This document shows positions 36,557-40,510 of a stretch of 40,510 nt of DNA, piece by piece; positions within the stretch are counted from its first letter, which is position 1, and the number at the start of each line of letters is the position of its first letter. The notes under the pieces are model-generated. The model saw only the letters and a program-made list of their open reading frames with translations. It was not told the DNA's origin and did not search any database. Source of the DNA: Burkholderiales bacterium. GTDB lineage: Bacteria; Pseudomonadota; Gammaproteobacteria; Burkholderiales; Rhodocyclaceae. The stretch lies in contig JBBRXI010000001.1 of the NCBI GenBank assembly GCA_038248575.1, positions 1-40,510 of the forward strand. Reading direction: 5' to 3'. A program made the position numbers and the translations under genes.

Positions 36557-37729
36557 TTATAACTTGGAACGGCAAAAACGCACGAGATTACTGCACAAAT
36601 CTTCCCGGCTTGCGTGTCGCGCGGCCCAGTTTATCGCGTGCCGGCGCAGATCGGGCAAGACGGCGCAAAAGCGCGTCCATGAATCGGCGTCCATGCGACC
36701 GGCGCTCATGGCGCCGTTCCACGCCATGACCACTTGGCGTAGCACCTGCGCGGCGGCGATCGGTAGTCCGTTGCAGTAGAGATCGAGGAAGGCTGCAAGC
36801 TTGAGAAGATGGGCGTCTTCACCCTGAGGGTAGATGTGCCAGACGAATGGTTTGGCCGCCCATTGCGCGCGCACGAAGGAATCCTCGCCACGCACGAAAT
36901 TCAGGTCACACGCCCAGAGCAGCCGGTCGTAATTGGCTTGCGCCAAAAAAGGCAGCACGCGAATTTCGAGCGCGCCGCGCCGCAAGACAGCACCCGCCTG
37001 CAGCGCCTCACCGAAAAAAGCCTCGACGGCTGGCCAGACGGCGCTTTCCGGCACGAGGCAACAGACCCGCTGGGCGCCTTTCGTCCACGCCGCGAACAGG
37101 TCGGCAAGCGCCCGGTTGGGGTAAGAGAAAAGGGAAACGAGCAGCGCATCGGGGGGCGGGGAAAAGGCGAACGTTTGCCAGAAGGTCGCCTGCTGCACGG
37201 GCGAAGTGAGCAACGCGTCGCGTTCGCTGGCAAGATCGCGTTCGCGCAGCAAGCCGCCGGTCGCTTCGCTAAAGCCCGGAAAAAAAAACGTTTTGACGAG
37301 CGGCAGGCGAGGGTGGGGCGAGGGCAGCCCGTGGCAACCGGCGACCCACGCCTCGGCGCTCAGATAGTCGAGGTTGATCCACACGGGCGGCTTGTCGCGC
37401 GCCGCCATCGCCGCGATAAAGGGCTCGGGCAGATGGCAAGCGAAGGTTTCAATGACCACATCAGCCGGAATCAGATTGGCAAAGCCGGCAGCAAAATTGG
37501 CCGGCCAGTTCCGCACTTCGATGTCATCCACCCACTGAACGGAGAGACAGCTATCGATTTGCGGGCAGATGTGCGCGAAGGAGTTTAGCTTATCGACCCA
37601 CAGGCGAACGGCAAAACCGTGCTCGCTTGCGAGCTGACGCGAGAGCCGCCAGCAGACGCCGATGTCGCCGTAGTTGTCGACGACGCGGCAGAAGACGTCG
37701 GCTGAGAGCGTCGGGGGAGGCGTTGGCAT
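36557..37729 (-). CDS. earP: EF-P arginine rhamnosyltransferase EarP
   Basis: FCRVVDNYGDIGVCWRL, ETFAC, WINLDYLSAE, FFFPGF, FVRGEDSFVRAQWA; directly upstream of efp. Confidence 0.97.
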   Translation of the reverse strand: MPTPPPTLSADVFCRVVDNYGDIGVCWRLSRQLASEHGFAVRLWVDKLNSFAHICPQIDSCLSVQWVDDIEVRNWPANFAAGFANLIPADVVIETFACHLPEPFIAAMAARDKPPVWINLDYLSAEAWVAGCHGLPSPHPRLPLVKTFFFPGFSEATGGLLRERDLASERDALLTSPVQQATFWQTFAFSPPPDALLVSLFSYPNRALADLFAAWTKGAQRVCCLVPESAVWPAVEAFFGEALQAGAVLRRGALEIRVLPFLAQANYDRLLWACDLNFVRGEDSFVRAQWAAKPFVWHIYPQGEDAHLLKLAAFLDLYCNGLPIAAAQVLRQVVMAWNGAMSAGRMDADSWTRFCAVLPDLRRHAINWAARHASREDLCSNLVRFCRSKL

Positions 37730-37782
37730 GGGCGCTGCACCGGCGTGATAGTATCAAAGCCGACATCCTAACCGCCTAGCCC

Positions 37783-39627
37783 ATGGACGAGAAGTCGGAT
37801 CCGCAAGCCTTTGACGCCAAACAACTGCTGGCCACGCTGACCGAATTGCCGGGCGTCTACCGCATGTCCGACGCCAACGGCCAGGTGCTTTATGTCGGCA
37901 AGGCGAAGAATCTTAAGAAACGCGTCGCCTCGTACTTTCGCGGCAATCTCGCAAGCCCGCGGATCGCGCTGATGATCGCGCAGGTCGCCCGCGTCGAAAC
38001 GACGGTCACGCGCTCGGAAGGCGAAGCGCTGCTCCTTGAGAACAACCTGATCAAGAGCCTGGCGCCGCGCTACAACATCGTTTTCCGTGACGACAAGTCG
38101 TACCCTTATATCGTCATCACGCGCGACGAATTCCCGCGACTTGGTTTTTTTCGTGGCAACATTGATCGAAAATCTGACTACTTTGGTCCTTTTCCCTCGT
38201 CTTTTGCCGTCCGCGAGAGCATTACCCTCCTGCAAATGACGTTTCGCCTGCGGACCTGCGAAAACTCGGTCTTCACCAACCGATCGCGACCTTGTCTGCT
38301 CTATCAGATCAAGCGCTGCTCGGGACCTTGCGTCGATCTTGTCAGCCATGAGGCGTATGCCCAAGACGTGCACATGGCAGCGCTATTCCTGCAGGGCCGG
38401 CAACAGGAGGTGATCAGCACGCTCAGCGAAGCGATGGACGCCGCCGCTGACCGGCTCGCCTTCGAGCAGGCTGCACTTTATCGTGACCGCATCCAGTCGC
38501 TGCGTCAGGTCCAGGACAGACAATACGTTGACAGCGGCAAGGGTGAAGACGTCGATATCGTCGTCGTCGTCGAGGACGGCGGTCTCACCTGCGTCAACCT
38601 CGCCATGGTGCGCGGCGGCCGGCACCTCGGCGACAAGACGCAGTTTCCGAGCAACGCCGGCAATAGTCTGCCCGACGAAGTGCTATCGGCTTTCCTTTGC
38701 CAGCATTACCTGCTCCATCCGATACCAACACGCGTCTACGTCAACCTTGCGCTGCGCGACAGCGAGGTCAGTCTGGTCCTTGCCGAACTTGCCAAGCGAC
38801 CGGTCGCGATTATTGCGCCGAGGCTTAATCTGCAAAAAATGTGGGTTGAAATGGCGGTGCAAAACGCCAAGCTGGCGATCCTCGCGCGGCGCAGCACGAT
38901 GTCGCGACAGGGGGCACGACTGGCAGCGCTGCTTGAAGTGTTCGGCCTGGAGCTTGAAGAGGGCCAGGAAGCGCGCATAGAATGTTTCGACATTAGCCAC
39001 ACGATGGGCGAATCGACGGTTGCCTCGTGTGTCGTCTTCCACGGCGACGGTATGCGCAAAGCAGATTATCGACGCTTCAATATTCAGGACGTCGCCGCCG
39101 GAGACGATTACGCGGCGATTCGCCAGGCGGTATTCCGCCGTTATGAAAAGCTGGCCACCGGTCACGGGGCGAACCCGCGAATCCCCCCGTCGCTGATTCT
39201 GATCGACGGCGGCAAGGGTCAGGTTGGTGCAGCCGCGTCGGCGCTCGGCGAACTCGGTCTGTCGCATTTGCCCGTCGTCGGCGTCGCCAAGGGTGAAGCG
39301 CGCAAGCCGGGACTCGAGACGCTTGTTTTCGCCGACGACCGGGAACCGTTACAATTGCCAGCGCAACACGCAGCGCTGCTTCTGATTCAGGAGATTCGCG
39401 ACGAAGCGCATCGCTTCGCGATCACCGGCCACCGGGCGCAACGCAGCAAGACACGGCGCACGTCACGGCTTGAAGAGATCCCGGGTATCGGGCCGAAGCG
39501 GCGTAAAGCGCTGATTTCGCATTTCGGCGGTTTGCAAGGCATTGCCAATGCCGGGATTGACCAACTGACCGCGGTGCCCGGAATCAGCCTCGAACTGGCG
39601 GAAACAATTTACGCGGCTTTGCACTGA
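37783..39627 (+). CDS. uvrC: Excinuclease ABC subunit C
   Basis: GIY-YIG PGVY...YVGKAKNL, DDKSYPY, ECFDISH, LIDGGKGQ, RDEAHRFA, HhH GIGPKR. Confidence 0.99.
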   Translation: MDEKSDPQAFDAKQLLATLTELPGVYRMSDANGQVLYVGKAKNLKKRVASYFRGNLASPRIALMIAQVARVETTVTRSEGEALLLENNLIKSLAPRYNIVFRDDKSYPYIVITRDEFPRLGFFRGNIDRKSDYFGPFPSSFAVRESITLLQMTFRLRTCENSVFTNRSRPCLLYQIKRCSGPCVDLVSHEAYAQDVHMAALFLQGRQQEVISTLSEAMDAAADRLAFEQAALYRDRIQSLRQVQDRQYVDSGKGEDVDIVVVVEDGGLTCVNLAMVRGGRHLGDKTQFPSNAGNSLPDEVLSAFLCQHYLLHPIPTRVYVNLALRDSEVSLVLAELAKRPVAIIAPRLNLQKMWVEMAVQNAKLAILARRSTMSRQGARLAALLEVFGLELEEGQEARIECFDISHTMGESTVASCVVFHGDGMRKADYRRFNIQDVAAGDDYAAIRQAVFRRYEKLATGHGANPRIPPSLILIDGGKGQVGAAASALGELGLSHLPVVGVAKGEARKPGLETLVFADDREPLQLPAQHAALLLIQEIRDEAHRFAITGHRAQRSKTRRTSRLEEIPGIGPKRRKALISHFGGLQGIANAGIDQLTAVPGISLELAETIYAALH

Positions 39628-40205
39628 TGCCATTAAACATACCGATTCTGCTGACCTGGTTGCGCATCATCCTGATTCCGCTGATGATCGCCGTTTTCTA
39701 CGTGCCCTCGACATGGACGCAGCCGGTCGGGCGCGATGTCGTTGCAACGGTCATTTTCGTCGTTGCCGCGACAACGGACTGGCTCGATGGCTACCTCGCG
39801 CGGCGCTGGAAGGAGACCTCGGCCTTCGGCGCCTTCCTCGACCCGGTCGCCGACAAGCTGATGGTCGCCGCCGCCTTGCTGGTCCTCGTCCAACTCGGCC
39901 GCGTCGACGCGATTCTCGCAGTAGTCATCATCGGGCGGGAAATCACCATATCGGCGCTGCGCGAATGGATGGCGCAGATCGGTGCGCACAAGAGCGTCGC
40001 TGTTTCGCTGATCGGAAAAATCAAGACGGCGGCGCAAATGATTGCCATCCCGCTGCTGCTCTATCACGCGCCGCTCGCCGGCGTGGATATGCAATGGCTG
40101 GGTACTTGGCTGATCTATGTGGCTGCCGTGTTGACCCTCTGGTCGATGGGCTACTACATGCGTATGGCGTGGCCTTATCTCGCCGATCAGGAGCGCAACC
40201 GTTAG
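39627..40205 (+). CDS. pgsA: CDP-diacylglycerol--glycerol-3-phosphate 3-phosphatidyltransferase
   Basis: TDWLDGYLAR....S.FGAFLDPVADK, REITISALRE, GKIKT; TGATG coupling to uvrC. Confidence 0.98.
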   Translation: MPLNIPILLTWLRIILIPLMIAVFYVPSTWTQPVGRDVVATVIFVVAATTDWLDGYLARRWKETSAFGAFLDPVADKLMVAAALLVLVQLGRVDAILAVVIIGREITISALREWMAQIGAHKSVAVSLIGKIKTAAQMIAIPLLLYHAPLAGVDMQWLGTWLIYVAAVLTLWSMGYYMRMAWPYLADQERNR

Positions 40206-40246
40206 CCCGAGCAGCGAGCAATACAGCGCTTCCCGGAGCAAAAGCG

Positions 40247-40280
40247 TTGACAGCTTGTCGCAAGTCTTTATAATGCGCAC
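40247..40280 (+). promoter_or_regulatory. Consensus sigma70 stable-RNA promoter for the tRNA cluster
   Basis: TTGACA-16 nt-TATAAT followed by the GC-rich discriminator GCGCAC. Confidence 0.88.
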
Positions 40281-40289
40281 TCGCTTCAC

Positions 40290-40365
40290 GCGGGAGTAGC
40301 TCAGTTGGTAGAGCGATACCTTGCCAAGGTATAGGTCGAGAGTTCGAGACTCTTCTCCCGCTCCA
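40290..40365 (+). tRNA. tRNA-Gly (GCC)
   Basis: GCGGGAG acceptor stem, anticodon arm ATACC-TTGCCAA-GGTAT, GTTCGA, CCA; 76 nt; follows pgsA. Confidence 0.98.
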
Positions 40366-40427
40366 CGTTTTATTACGAGGAGCTCAGGCTTTTCGGCAGT
40401 TTGCAGGTCCTATCGTGAGGTAGGCAC

Positions 40428-40501
40428 GGCGCGATAGCAAAGCGGTTATGCACCGGATTGCAAATCCGTGTAGGTCGGTTCGACTCCGGCTCGCGCCTCC
40501 A
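40428..40501 (+). tRNA. tRNA-Cys (GCA)
   Basis: GGCGCGA acceptor stem, anticodon loop TTGCAAA, GTTCGA, CCA; 74 nt. Confidence 0.97.
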
Positions 40502-40510
40502 GGTTTTCGC

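Noticed and set aside
40453-40469. C-U mismatch at the top of the tRNA-Cys anticodon stem as a sign of a pseudogene
   Set aside because: Non-canonical 27-43 pairs are tolerated (E. coli tRNA-Cys has G-U there); all other arms and the CCA are intact.

Overview
Mostly core chromosome of a GC-rich betaproteobacterium; gene order and protein style suggest Rhodocyclales, which is an inference. Order: 3' end of guaA; a small accessory islet (Tat-signal DJ-1/PfpI protein, divergent NodD-like LysR regulator, a palindrome-rich non-coding tract) wedged between the converging 3' ends of guaA and tRNA-Asn; an AsmA-like protein with an unusual cytoplasmic N-terminal domain; tyrB, uvrB, rne, rluC, HAD hydrolase, S49 peptidase, RsmI-like methyltransferase, Maf; yceD-rpmF-plsX-fabH-fabD-fabG-acpP-fabF-ygfX-like; nadB; rpoE-rseC-degP(mucD)-glutaredoxin-like-lepA-lepB-DUF4845-rnc-era-recO-pdxJ-acpS-nagZ; a chromate transporter that appears inserted; efp-earP; uvrC-pgsA-tRNA-Gly-tRNA-Cys. 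No CRISPR array, integrase or transposase was recognised. Best leads: (1) rpoE with no rseA/rseB anti-sigma genes in their usual position; (2) the putative wHTH-TM-AsmA fusion; (3) a Tat-targeted DJ-1/Hsp31-like enzyme with a possible second cytoplasmic start, under two ATG-N9-CAT LysR boxes; (4) a resolvase res-like palindrome cluster beside tRNA-Asn; (5) small decay scars: a probable frameshifted LMW-PTP remnant after uvrB and an early TAG in recO that also overlaps the likely pdxJ ribosome-binding site. All calls are by eye; no database searches were run.
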